Assembly (NCBI RefSeq): GCF_004010195.1
Contig: NC_057719.1
Location: forward strand, 80,178,709-80,242,708
Source of the DNA: Chiloscyllium plagiosum
Taxonomy: Eukaryota
Length of the DNA: 64,000 bases
Direction: 5' to 3'
In this document: one piece after another, positions 51,065-63,159 of the stretch
How the letters are laid out: the number at the start of each line of letters is the position of its first letter
How positions within the stretch are numbered: position 1 is the first letter of the stretch
The notes under the pieces: generated by a model
Databases searched by the model: none
Told to the model about the DNA's origin: nothing
What the model saw: the letters and a program-made list of their open reading frames with translations, nothing else
Made by a program: the position numbers and the translations under genes

Positions 51065-51930
51065 TTGCTGTGAGCTGGAGTAATTCTGCAGGTCTGGCAC
51101 CATCTGTCGGGGGGGAGAGAGAAAGAGAGAGCTACAGTTAATGTTCCGGGTCCAGTGCACCTTCTTTCAGAACTGATGGTAGCTTGGAAAAGGTTTTGGT
51201 ATGTGCTGAAGACAGTGGGTGAGGTTAAAAAAGGAGTGAGAGTCGGGGTGGGGATCGAGCTCAGAGAGAGAGGAAGGACAGTTAGGCAGACAAAGAGATA
51301 GATAATTGTAAGCCAGGGAAGGAGAAAAGCTGATAATGAGGAACCATAAGTAGGTGAAAGTGGGTTGGCTGCGCTGAAAGCAGTCCATGTCTCGACAGGG
51401 CCTGGTGTGTGGAGGTGCATAAAGAATATGGAAGGAAATGTGTAAAGGATATAGAAGGAGATGTTCAGGTTTTAAAATTACTGAACACGATACTGAGTCC
51501 TGAAGACTGCAGTGTCCCCCAGTGGAAAGTGAGATGCTGTTTGTCCAGCTTGCGCTGAGCTTCACTAGACAGAGATGGTTGACCAGGGAATATGGTGGTG
51601 TATTGAAATGGCAGGCAACTGGAAGCTCAGGGTCATTTTTGCAGAGAGGATATCGGTATGCCACAAAGCGACCCCAGCCTGTGTTCGTCAGCCCAGCGTA
51701 GAGGAGACCACGCACATTGTGAGCAGCTTGAACACAGTAGGACTGGTTTGAGTGGAGTGCAAGTAAATCACAGCTTCACCTGGAAGGTGTGTCTGAGGAT
51801 GTTGAGGAAAGAGGAGGTAAACAGGCAGGTATTGCTCCTTCTGCGATTGCAAGGCAAGGTGCTGTGGGGCTGTGGGAAGATGTTGGGAGTGGAGGAGGAG
51901 TGGTACGGGGGAACAGTCCCTGTGAAATGC
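51065..51930 (-). mobile_element. Penelope-like element (family B) GIY-YIG and 3' remnant
   Basis: PELPVACHFNTP; upstream CNRRRSNTCLF; decayed hammerhead at about 51135-51175. Confidence 0.75.
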
Positions 51931-52129
51931 TGATAGGTAGGTTAGCCTGGAAGGCTTGGTGCAGAATAATGCCAAAGTGTGGGTTCACTCACCCGCTCAG
52001 CAGAGAGAGGGGGCTACCCACCTCGCCTTTACTCTGTTGTGATAATGTGGCGTGATTAGCAATGCTTCGTCAGTGAGGTTGCTTCATGGAGACCTAGAAA
52101 TCGCATAAGCAGCCTTCAAACTCAACCCA

Positions 52130-52295
52130 AAAATCCAATTCAGCACTGAGACTGAACAATCAATACTGGCCTGGACATGAGGGAGAACTCCCTTGGCTGT
52201 ACTAACAATGACATCTTTCTTTCACAGTCATCTGAGTTAGCCCCTCGGTTTAAGATTTCATCTGAAATATGTGGCAGCTTTGACACTAACTCTGC
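52130..52295 (-). mobile_element. DeuSINE-like fragment
   Basis: aatactggcctggacatgagggagaactccc...cctcggtttaagatttcatctgaaa is the reverse complement of the Deu domain. Confidence 0.55.
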
Positions 52296-53509
52296 CGTCC
52301 CATCAGCGATGATTGCATTACAGAGTGGACTCGATGGGCCGAATGGCCTTACTTCCACTCCTATGTCTTATGGTCTTATGGTCCTATAGCTTGAGAGATA
52401 CTCTCGTACAAAACAGGAGACTTGGTATGTGTCTGGTGAGACTTTGTTTCATGTGTGAACCGATATGGACGGTTGGTTTTATAAATGGATTATTTAATAA
52501 CGAGCACATCAGGGTATCTACTAAAACTGTGAACAGAATCTTGTGGCCTCCTCATGTTTGATGTGCTGGGGTGCATTTAAACGTACCCCGTTCAATCCAG
52601 ATTGGGAAAGCATATGGACATCCTTCCAATCCCGTTGCCAGTTGATGTTGGGAATTAATCCCCAGCTAAAAGGCCTTTCCTGCCATCTCTAGTGCTCATA
52701 TAGTGTTGAGTGTGAAGTGGAACCAACAGACTGCTAACTCCTGGGTATTTGTTCAGCCTGGTCAAAGCACCGGGCAATGAGTGTCCCACTGGCAGCAGCC
52801 ACTTGGTGGTGCTGTCGTTCCACAGACCGGCCAGGCTCTGATTGGCATTCGCTCTTTGGAGGAAGTAGGGTTTAGGGTCCTCAGTCCCTTGGGTAGGCCC
52901 AGTGATGGCCTGAGTGGAGTAAGATGAAACTGCCCCCCCCAACCCCCCCAAAAGTGATGATGAGGGGCTCTCAGTGGTTCTCCAGCCAGCAGCTGAGATG
53001 TGGTCACCTCCCCAGCATTCCACCCTGAAACAGCGCAGCTGAAAATAAAACGTTGGGGCAGCAGAAGGCCGTTCATCCTATCGGATCCGCTTCACCGTTC
53101 AATGACCTGATAATCGTCAACTCCACTTTCCTGCCTATTTCCCTGTCATCCTTGATTCCCTTACACATGAAACAGTCTGTGCATCTCAGCTTTCAATATA
53201 GTGAAAGACTCAACCTTGACAGCTCTCTGCGGTAACGAATTCCAGAGATTCACTACCCTCTGTGAAAAGAAATTCCTCCCTATCGCCATCTAAAATGTCC
53301 CTTACTCTGAGGTGAAGCCCTGTGGTCTTAGACTCTCCTACAAGGGGAAACCTCTCTGCCTCTATCCAATTAAGCTCCTTAAGAATCTTGTATATTTCAT
53401 AAGGTCTCCTCTAATTCTAAATAACCTGCTCTCTAAATAAATTCCCCCTGTTGCTATACATCTCGCTTTACAATGACATCTGCTGGAGTGTTGGACCATT
53501 AGTCCTGGG

Positions 53510-53840
53510 AGCTGATGGCCTAGTGGATTGTTAATCCAGAGACCTGGTTCTGGAGACCTGGGTTTGACTCCTGCCACGGCTGATGGTGGAATTTGAATCC
53601 TACAAATATCTGGAATTAAGAATCTAATAATGACTATGACACTATTGTTGGGAAAACCCCAGCTGGTTCACTAATATCCTGTAGGGGAGGAAACTGCCAT
53701 CCTTACCTGCTCTGGCCTACATGTGACTCCACACCCACAGTGATGTGGTTGACTCTTTACTGCCCCCTGGGCAATTAGGGATGGGCACTAAATGCTGGCC
53801 CAGCCAGCGATGCCGTCATCCTGTGAATGAATAAAGGAAA
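53510..53840 (+). mobile_element. tRNA-derived SINE family B within minus-strand CR1 remnants (53050-54240)
   Basis: gatggcctagtgg A-box, gggtttgactcc B-box, tail gggcaattagggatggg...gaatgaataaa. Confidence 0.8.
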
Positions 53841-54639
53841 AAAAGTCACCATATCCATGTCCCCCATGACCTTATAAACCCTGATAAGGTCACCCTGCAG
53901 CCTCTGAGGCTCCAGTGAAAACAGCCTCAGCTTATTCAGCCTCTACCTCTAGCTCAAACCCTCTAACATCAGGTAGCATGTTTGTAAATCTTTTCTGAAC
54001 CCTTGCAAGTTTCACAGCATCCTTCCTGTAGCAGGGAGACCAGCATTGAACGCACTATTCCAAAAGTGGCCTACCCAATGTCCTGTACACCTGCAATATG
54101 ATCTCCCTACTCCTGTACTCAATGCACTGACTAATAAAGGCAAGTGTACCAAGCACCATCTTCACTACCCTGTCTACCTGCATCTCCACTTTCCATGCAG
54201 TGTGAATGCCTACTCTTACATTGACTAAAAACACTTTAATCACCGTCATCAGTGATTTATGCTTTCCTGGTCTTCCACCAAAAAAGGTCAGGTGACCGTA
54301 AGCATGTGATAAAAATTAAGCCAGATGCAGAACCTGCGTAAAAAAAGAGAGGCGGTCTGGGAACATTCTAGAAACTCTTGGTGCATGTTTGAACAAATGC
54401 ACAAAACGCAAATCACTGGGTGCTTTCTTGTGAAATGTGTTTTCAGATATTTCCTATTGGTTACCTTTTATTTGCAATTTGTACAGTATTTCCTGTCAGA
54501 AATCTGACTCGATTGATAGAAACAAGACTGTTATCTTTCTTCCCTTAATTTTCTGTTATACAATATGTACTTCGTACATCAATTATAAATGGATGTAGTT
54601 AAGAAAGAAGTCTCACGATTGAAGTGGTGAAGTTACTGA

Positions 54640-54955
54640 TTTACAGGGTGTGGGTGTACTGGCTGGGCCAACATTCATTTCCCATCCTGAGGTTGAGATT
54701 CAACCCACATTGCTGTGGGTCTAGGAGTCACATGTAGGCCAGTCCTGGTAAGGACAGCAGTTTCCTTCCCAAAAGGACATTAGTGAGCCAGATGGGTTTC
54801 TTTTCCCCACTGACAATGGTTTCAACAGTCATCACTGGACTCTAGATTTTTACTGAATTCACATTCCCCTATGTGCCACAGTAGGGTTTGAACCCAGGTC
54901 ATCAGAACATTAGCTAGGTCTCCAGATTGATAGTCCAAGCAACAATACCACTTAG
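54640..54955 (-). mobile_element. SINE family B
   Basis: Reverse complement of the 53510 copy. Confidence 0.7.
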
Positions 54956-54994
54956 CAATACTTCTATACAGTCAATAATGCCATTCGGCCATAC

Positions 54995-55219
54995 CTCTAT
55001 ACAGTCAAGATTAGAGTGGTGCTGGAAAAGCCCAGCAGGGTCAGGCAGGATCCGAGGGGCAGGAAAATTAATGTTTCAGGCAAAAGCTCTTCATCAGGAA
55101 TTCATTCACCCCATTCCTGATGAAGGGTTTTTGCATGAAATGTCGATTTTCCTGCTCCTTGGATTTTGCCTGACCAGCTGTGCTTTTCCAGCACCACTCT
55201 AATCTTGACTGTATAGAGC
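54995..55219. mobile_element. Older palindromic mini-PLE (family A variant)
   Basis: ctctatacagtcaagattagagtggtgctggaaaag...cttttccagcaccactctaatcttgactgtatagag; central cttcatcaggaat / attcctgatgaag. Confidence 0.85.
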
Positions 55220-55599
55220 ATCTGCGTACCCACTTCCGCCCATACCCATCTGCGTACCCACTTCCGCCCATACCTCTATGCAGCTATTTCCCACCTCTGT
55301 TTTCTAATAATTACTAAGTTAACGCTATCATGTTAGGACCATAGGTGAAATAAAGCTTAGTTACATAGCGTTATGTCCGATATACAACACAGTCACAGGC
55401 TGTTTGGCCCAACCAATCCATATTGGTAGTTTTGCTCTACTCAGGCTTTCTTCCACCATTCCTCCTTCATTGCAATCATCCAATTGCTTCTCCCTCAAAT
55501 GCTTGCCGACTTTCCCCTTAAGGATATCCACACTTTTTATTTCAACACGCCTTGTTATCCCAAAAGGAAGAATAGGCACAAGTAACCTCCCAGAGACGC

Positions 55600-57700
55600 T
55601 GGGGAATCGAATTTCTAGCGAGAGGGCAGAATTGAAGCAAATCAGTTTTAGGAAGAAAATGGTGCTGGGTTAAATAATGGGATTAAATACCGACAATTCG
55701 CAAAGTCTAAAGGAAATGGCCCTGGACATATTGGATGCATTGGTGCTCATCTTGCCAACGCTTTTCATAGACCCTGGAACAGTTCCTACAGGTTGGAGGA
55801 TGGCAAATATAGCCGCTCACTTTGAAAAAGATGGGAAAGAAAACACAGAGAATTACAGACCAGTTGGTTTAACATCAGGAGTGGTGTAAATGCTAGAATC
55901 TGTTCGAAGAGGTGCGATAACAGAACAATTGGAAAACGTTAGCTGGATTTTACAAAGCCAACATGGGTCTTTGAAAGGCAAATCATGCTTAAAAAAACAC
56001 ACCAGAGTCTTTTTAAAGGATGCAGCTAGTAGAATAGAAAATGGAGAACCAGCAAGTGTGGTCTATTTGGATCTTCAGAAGGCTTTTGATAAAGTTCCTT
56101 CTGAAAGATTTGTGATGAAATTAAAGCATGTGGGATAGGGAGTAATATATTGATATGGATTGAGAATAGATCAACAGACCAGAAAAAGAGTGGGAATAAA
56201 TGGGTCTTTCTCTAAGAGGCAGGCAGTGACTAATGGGAATTCGCAGTGCGAGGTCCTAAAATATTCACAGTATATAAAAATGTAACACTATATTGTGCAC
56301 TCTCTTCTGCTCCCCGATGCATTTTGTATAGTACGATCTGCCTGTGTAGCACTGAAAGAACACTTTTCAGTCTTGGGTACAGGAGTTGGGAGGATCATGT
56401 TGCGGCTGTACAGGTCATTGGTTAGGCCACTGTTGGAATATTGCGTGCAATTCTGGTCTCCTTCCTATCGGAAAGATGTTGTGAAACTTGAAAGGGTTCA
56501 GAAAACATTTACAAGGATGTTGCCAGGGTTGGAGGATTTGAGCTATAGGGAGAGGCTGAACAGGTTAGGGCTGTTTTCCCTGGAACGTCGGAGGCTGAGG
56601 GGTGACCTTATAGAAAAAAGAACAGGAAATGACATCACCACCCAAGGAAACCTAAACACATAAAAAAAAGCGGGTCATAATACCAGTGCTTCACCGGAGG
56701 CTCACTGATGATGTTACCTCGTATGGTGATGAGACGTCTGAAAATGAACCTTTCAGCTCAGTGAGCAAACTTACATTCAGAACCAGTCAATGAAAGCAGA
56801 CAAGTGGTTCAGCTAGCAATTAGGAAGGCAAATGGTGCATTGGTTTTCATTGCAAGGTGAAGTAGGGATGGATAGCTTAATGCATTAATACAGGGCTTTA
56901 GTAAGACTACACCTGCAGTGCTGTTGGTGGCCCTACAAAAGAAAAGATATACTTGCTATTGAGGGAGCGTAGGGGAGAGTAACTTGGCTCGTACCAGTAA
57001 TAGCAAAGCTGTTCTCTGAGGGGAAATTAATTTGATTGGTCTTGCATTCACTAGGGTTTAGGATGGGGGAGGGCGGCGCGGGATCTGATTGAATCATGAA
57101 ATTCCAACAGTGCCAGACAGACGCAGGGAGAATATTTTGCCTGGTTGGGGAGTGTAAAACCAGAGGTCACAGTCTCTGGATAGGTGGTCGACAATTAAGA
57201 ATTGAAGGAAGGCAACATCTCACTCAAAAAGTAGTGAGCCTGTGGAAATCTCTACCACAGAAGGTAGAGATTTCCAACTCACTGAATATTTTCACTGATA
57301 GAGACATTTTTAGATTTGATCGGGTCATGAGAAGAAAGCCGGAATATGACATTGAGATAGAAGATTAGCCGTGATCATGTTGAATGGTGGAGCGGGCTCG
57401 AAGGGCCAAATGGATGGTGATGGCTAGCACAAGGGGAAATAGCTTTAAATTGATGGGACGTAGATATAGGGCAGATTTCAGAGGTAGTTTCTTTACTCAG
57501 AAATTAGTAGGGGCGTGGAATGCACTGCCTACAACAGTAGTAGACTCGCCAACTTTAAGGGTATTTAAATGGTCACTGGATAAACACTTGGATGAAAATG
57601 GAATAGAGTAGGATAGATGGGCTTCAGATTGGTTTCACAGCTCGGCGCAACATCGAGGGCTGAGGAGCCTGTACTGCGCTGTGATGTTCTATGTTCTAAA
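55600..57700 (+). mobile_element. Composite CR1 remnants
   Basis: ENYRPVGLTSGV, YLDLQKAFDKVP, LVRPLLEYCVQFWSPSYRKDVVKLERVQ. Confidence 0.85.
56613..56785 (+). mobile_element. PLE-like family C element with hammerhead-like motif (56702-56741)
   Basis: tca-CTGATGA-t-gttacc-tcgtat-ggtgat-GAGAC-GTC-tga; homologous to 41352-41595. Confidence 0.7.
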
Positions 57701-57879
57701 TCAATCCATAATTCTCCCTTGTTCTCATGCAAGTAGCTCCAATTTTCCCAAGTCTTACTTCGTAGAGGGGGATTCCATTTCACTGGGCAGCATCCCGGTG
57801 AATCTGAATTGGCCCCTCTCTCGTGCCTCAGCACATTTCCAATATTGTGCCAAACTAACCTGTGACATCTCCAGCATGA

Positions 57880-58180
57880 GTTAGCGCTGCTGCCTCAAAG
57901 GGCCAGGGACCCGGGTTCAATTCCACTCTCAGTTTGGACATTCTCCCTTCGTCTGCGTGTGGCCCCTCCGGATGCTCTGGTTTCCTCCCACAGTCCAAGT
58001 TAGGCAGATTGGCCATGCCCATAGTGTCCAGGCTTGTGTAGGGTAAGTGGAATAGCCTTGGGGAATGCAGGGTTATTGGGTAAGGGGGGGGGGGGGGCGG
58101 AATTGAGTCTGAGTTGAATGCTCTTCGGAGAGTCGGTGTGGACCTACTGTGCCGAATGGCCAGTTTCCACACTGTAGGGA
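57880..58180 (+). mobile_element. Diverged HE1-like SINE
   Basis: gttagcgctgctgcctca...ggtttcctcccacagtcc...tttccacactgtaggga. Confidence 0.75.
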
Positions 58181-58669
58181 TTCTTGACCCCATTTCCCAA
58201 GTTAGCATTCCTGATGTACCAGGAATTGTTGTCTGTGTCTGAAAGTGGTGATACTGAGGGCTGTCTAAAACACCATCCACTAGGTCGATATAATTTGGAC
58301 TTGGGGATAGCTTAGGATCACAAAGGAATGAGACCTAACATTCAGATGATGTTCAAAATCTTTGTAATAATGTCTACTATATCAATATAACAGGAACTGG
58401 CTGCTAACCTACGATAAGCCAGATACAATAGACAAGTATCTGTTCTACTTAGACCAGAAAGTGGTTTACCTCTAACACACTGAACCAAGCAGGATTGTGG
58501 AATGCTGTATTCACGGAGGATGGTGGCAGCAAATAATATGCACCATCTACCCTGTGGTGAGGTACAGACTGGGTTTAGTTGCATGGACAACAGCAATGAG
58601 GAAGTGCAACCTATCTGTTCAAGTGAAGCACAAATCCATGTCCTACTGACCCAACGATTCACTGAGTCA

Positions 58670-59220
58670 AGGCTGAGGCCTCTTCTGGAGTAATGCATCC
58701 AGTTCCTGTCGCCCAGTTATAGAAAAGACGTTATTAAGTTAGAAAGGGTTCAGAAGAGATTTTCCAGGATGTTGCTGTGTGTTGAAAGCTTGAGTTATAA
58801 GGAGAGGCTGGATAGGGGACTTTTTCCACTGGAGCGTCAGAGGTTGAGAGGTGACCTTATAGAAGTTTATAAAATCATGAAGGGCATAGAAAGGATTAAT
58901 GGCCGGTGTCTTTTCCCTGGGATGGGGGATTTCAAGAGTAGGGAGACACATTTTTAAGGTGAGAGGGGAGAGATTTACAAAAGACATGAGGGGCAAATCT
59001 TTTAAACAGAGGGTCGTTTGCGTGTGGAATGAACTTCCTGAGCAAGTGGTGGATGTGGGTACAATTGCAACGTTTAAGAGACATTTAGATAAGTACATGA
59101 ATAGGAAAGGTTGGGAGGGATATGGACCAGCAGCAGACAGGTGGGACTAGTTTAGTCTGGGATTATGGTCAGCCATAGACTGGTTGGGGCTGAAGGGTCT
59201 ATGTGACTGTATGACTCTCT
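58670..59220 (+). mobile_element. CR1 3' fragment
   Basis: GLFPLERQRLRGDLIEVYKIMKG; VWNELPEQVV. Confidence 0.9.
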
Positions 59221-60084
59221 GTCTCTGAAACATTGTTCTTTCATCAGACAGGGTATCAAACTTGTTCATCTCCTCAGCAAATTTGCAGACACTCTCATCC
59301 AATGCTGTTCATGTTACTTTCACACTGAGGGAATTTATCTGTCTCAGTTTCTACTGGATCCTATTACTTTTGTCAGAGTATATTTTGGATTGCATTTTCC
59401 CTTTCTGTTCATTTCCCCTTTGATTAATGTTTCTAACCATTTCTTTGGTCAACTGTATGTGTCCCTCTCAGAATCAGCAGTTCATTTTGAAGGAATGTGC
59501 TCCCATGTGGACATGCTTACAGTGGCGTGGCTCACAAAGGTTTAATCAATGCACCTTTTAAACATCATTTACTATCAGCTGCACATGGGATTTAACTGCT
59601 GGCATCTATTATTTCCTACATCAATCTTTGCTGTCCCTGTGGATCAGCCTCATTGATTTGGACATATTGTGTGCTTACTGAGCGGACATAAAATGTCCTG
59701 ATCTTTCCAGCTGGTGTCACAGGAGTGATCTGCCTAGACTTTCCTCCACATTTAATTGAGGCAGCTACAATCCCACCAAATCCGACAGGATTTGTGGATT
59801 GGGATGTGGCGGCCCTTTCCACCTGCTCCATTACACTCGAAGGTCTCAGCATTCCTGATCTGTAATGCGAGGGTATAAAGGGGTATAATGTTCAGATGCT
59901 GCTTTATTCCTATTGTTAATACTATGCTGTCAATGAAGGATTTCACCAATGTAGCATAACCCAGGCTGATAGTCCAGTACAGTGGGGCAGGAGGGTGGTT
60001 GGATAACTTTGTTGACCAGAGCAAGCTGCCGAATTATGCCAATGGTGTGAATTCAACTGGCTGTGGTAGTTCATGGAGGCCTGT

Positions 60085-60209
60085 CTGAAGAAGGGCTTGT
60101 GCCCGAAACGTCGGTTCTCCTGTTCCCTGGATGCTGCCTGGCCTGCTGCGCTTTTCCAGCAGCACGTTTTCGGCTCTGATCTCCAGCATCTGCAGTCCTC
60201 ACTTTCTCC
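60085..60209 (+). mobile_element. PLE family A single pLTR beginning exactly at hammerhead CTGAAGA
   Basis: CTGAAGA-a-gggc-ttgt-gccc-GAAACGTC; cctgtctg at 60080-60087 and 60208-60215. Confidence 0.85.
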
Positions 60210-60599
60210 TGTCTGCAGAGTAGTTCCCCTCAAGCAATATCTAACCAACTGTCTTGCTTTAATGAAGAGAAATGTGGATTATCGTCTATTTTCTTACATA
60301 CTCTTACCTTTTCTTACAAGGCTGCAAAAATTAAAGTGCCACTTTTGGATTAGATATTTAATCACGGCTCTGCTGTCAGCACTTACAGGTGATTGTTCGC
60401 ATATGATAAAAGCAAACAGGCCTTGGGTATGGCATAGAGCACGGAAACAAACCCTTCAGTCCGACCCGTTCATGCAGGCCAGATATCCCAACCTGACCTG
60501 GTCCCATTTGCCAGCACTTGGCCCGTAGCCCTTCCTATGCATATACCCATCCAGATGCCTTTTGAATGTTGTAATTGTACCAGCCTCCACCACTTGCCC

Positions 60600-61255
60600 C
60601 AACTCCAACTAGACCCCACCACCACCAAGAACATCTTCCCCTCCCCACTCCTCTCTGCCTTCTGCCAGAATCATTCCCTTCTTGGTTTGTGCCACTCTCC
60701 CCACCAACCCCTCTGAACTCCCAGGTACCTTCCCCTGAAACCAGAAAAGACGCAAAACCTGCTGGTACACCACACCCCTCACCACCATCCAGGGCCCCAA
60801 ACAGTCCCTCCAGGTGAGACAGAGGGTCACCTGCCTCTTCTCCATCTTAGTTTACTGCGTCAGGTGCTCCCGATGTGGTCTTCTCTACATCGGGGAGACC
60901 GAACATAAACTTAGGGAACGGTTTGCCGAGCATCTCTGCCGAGCCCACAGGGGTCAACCGGACCTCCCAGTCACTGCCCGTTTTAATTCCCCTTCCCACT
61001 CACTTTCCGACATGACCATCATTGGCCTCCTCCATTGCCACAATGAGCCCAACCATGAATTGGAGGAACAGCACCTCATCTTCCGCCTGGGCAACCTACA
61101 CCCAGAGGACTCAACACTGAGTCCTCCAATTTCAAAAAACCTTCCTTTCCATCCCCCGACTCCATTCCCAACCCCCTCCACCCCACCCTGCCACCAACCA
61201 GATTCATCCCTCCCAGTGACCAACCAGGTCATAACCTCTGCCTGTCTTCACCTAT
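60600..61255 (+). mobile_element. Penelope-like element GIY-YIG endonuclease fragment (Cys-rich, Neptune-like)
   Basis: TCLFSILVYCVRCSRCGLLYIGETEHKLRERFAEHL...LPVTARFNSPSH...LEEQHLIFRLG.L.P (ORF 60814-61257). Confidence 0.9.
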
Positions 61256-61256
61256 G

Positions 61257-61720
61257 AGGAGAAAGTGAGGGCTGCAGATGCTGGAGATCAGAGCTGAAAA
61301 TGTGTTGCTGGAAAGGCGCAGCAGGTCAGGCAGCATCCAAGGAACAGGAGAATCGACGTTTCGGGCATAAGCCCTTCTTCAGGAATGAGAAAAGTGTGTC
61401 CAGCAGGCTAAGATAAAAGGTAGGGAGGAGGGACTTGGGGGAGGGGTTTTGGAAATGCGATAGGTGGAGGGAGGTCAAGGTGAGGGTGATAGGCCGGAGT
61501 GGGATGGGGGCGGAGAGGTCAGGAAGATGATTGCTGGTTAGGAAGGTGGTGCTGAGTTCGAGGGATTTGACTGAGACAAGGTGGGGGGAGGGGAAATGAG
61601 GAAACTGGAGAAATCTGAGTTCATCCCTTGTGGTTGGAGGGTTCCCAGGCAGAACATGAGGCGCTCTTCCTCCAACCGTCGTGTTGTTGTGGTCTGGCAA
61701 TCGACGTTTCGGGCATAAGA
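61257..61720 (-). mobile_element. PLE family A 3' end: GIY-YIG C-terminus, 3' UTR, hammerhead (about 61345-61385), pLTR end
   Basis: Minus strand RRLEEERLMFCLGTLQPQGMNSDF, followed by cctgaagaagggcttatgcccgaaacgtc and the same terminus as the mini-elements. Confidence 0.85.
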
Positions 61721-62306
61721 TTTAAAAAGACCAGAGGGGTAATCTTTTCAAGCAGAGGGTGGTTTGGTCTGCTATTACACAAAATCCATTGTTAGCCACT
61801 AATAGTCCCCATTAGCAGCTATTCATTTTCCTAGGCTTACCATTATCCACTCCTTTGTTTGTCCAACTGTTCTACTCTCTCTTTGGGCTCTATCTCACCT
61901 GTTGTTTACTCCTTACCTCCTCCCTCCACCATATCTTCTGCACTTTCCTAGCTGCCATCACTTCAGAGGATGCGCCACTGGACCCAAAACGTTATGAAAA
62001 ATTAATGTGTTGGATTGGAAAAGAGCCCAGCGTTAGTGTGTTGACGAAGTACAAAATGGAGGGGTAAGTTATCAAAAGAAAAAGGAATGTGATTTAATGG
62101 CAAGATAGGCTAGGCAAAAAACATTGATGGGCTGAATGTGTTATAACTATTTTACAAATCTTCCTTCTACTTTGATTGATCTCTTTACCTTAATCCTTAC
62201 TCACCTCTCTCGACAGTTTCAGAATGTTTAGGTGGTGTCTTTGAATCACTACAGTGTGGAAGTGGGCCATTCGGCTGATCGGTTCCATATATTTCCTCCT
62301 TACCAT

Positions 62307-62818
62307 GGGCGGCACGGTTGCTCATGAGCGGCACGGTGGCTCAGTGGTTAGCACTGCTGCCTCACAGTGCCAGGGACCCAGGGTTTGATTCCAGCCCCGG
62401 GCGACTGTCTGTGTGGAGTTTGCACATCCTCCCCGTGTCTGTGTGAGTCCGCTCCGAGTGTTTTTCTTCCCACAATCTAAAGATGTGCAGGTCAGGTGAA
62501 TTGGCCATGATAAATTGCCCATAGTGTTAGGTGCATTAGTCAGGGGTAAATACAGGGTAGGGGAATGGGTCTGGATAGGTTATTCTTCGGAGGGTCGGTG
62601 TGGACTTGTTGGGCGGAAGGGAATCTAGTCTACCCTATCCCTGTAACCCTGCATTTCCCATAGCCAATCCACCTAATCTGCACATTTTTGGACTACAGGA
62701 GGAAACCAGAGCACCAGGAGGAATGTGCAAACTCTACACAGACAGTTACCTGAGGCTGGAATCAAACCCAGGTCCCTGTTGCTGTGAGGCTGCAGTTCTA
62801 ACCACTAAGCCACCGTGC
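62307..62818. mobile_element. Two HE1-like SINEs in opposite orientation (62307-62605 +, 62625-62818 -)
   Basis: HE1 heads at both outer ends. Confidence 0.8.
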
Positions 62819-62852
62819 TGCTCTGAATGCAGGTAAGCACTCATGTAAGACA

Positions 62853-63092
62853 GGGAGACAGTGAGGTCTGCAGATGCTGGAGATCAGAGTTGAGAATGTG
62901 TAGCTGGAAAAGCACAGTGGGTAAGGCAGCATCTGAGGAGCAGGAAAATCGACGTTTCGGGCATAAGCCTGAAGAAGGGCTTATGCCCGAAACGTCGATT
63001 CTCCTGTTCCCTGGATGCTGCCTGACCTACTGCGCTTTTCCTGAATATTTAGGTTGATTTTTCTGCTCCTTGGATACTGCCTGACCTGCTGT
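62853..63092. mobile_element. Chimeric palindromic mini-PLE (family A)
   Basis: Left arm ggagacagtgagg...gggcataagc, right arm ctgaagaagggc..., then foreign tgaatatttagg, then a second partial right arm. Confidence 0.85.
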
Positions 63093-63159
63093 AAGTTTGC
63101 AGCAATACTGCCTCAACTCTTATGTAAGACACCTAATAGCAGCAGCAAGGTTAGGGAAA

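Noticed and set aside
59752..59859. IRNAE peptide as a PLEKHD1 exon
   Set aside because: Only five residues resemble my recollection of PLEKHD1; the following sequence does not match
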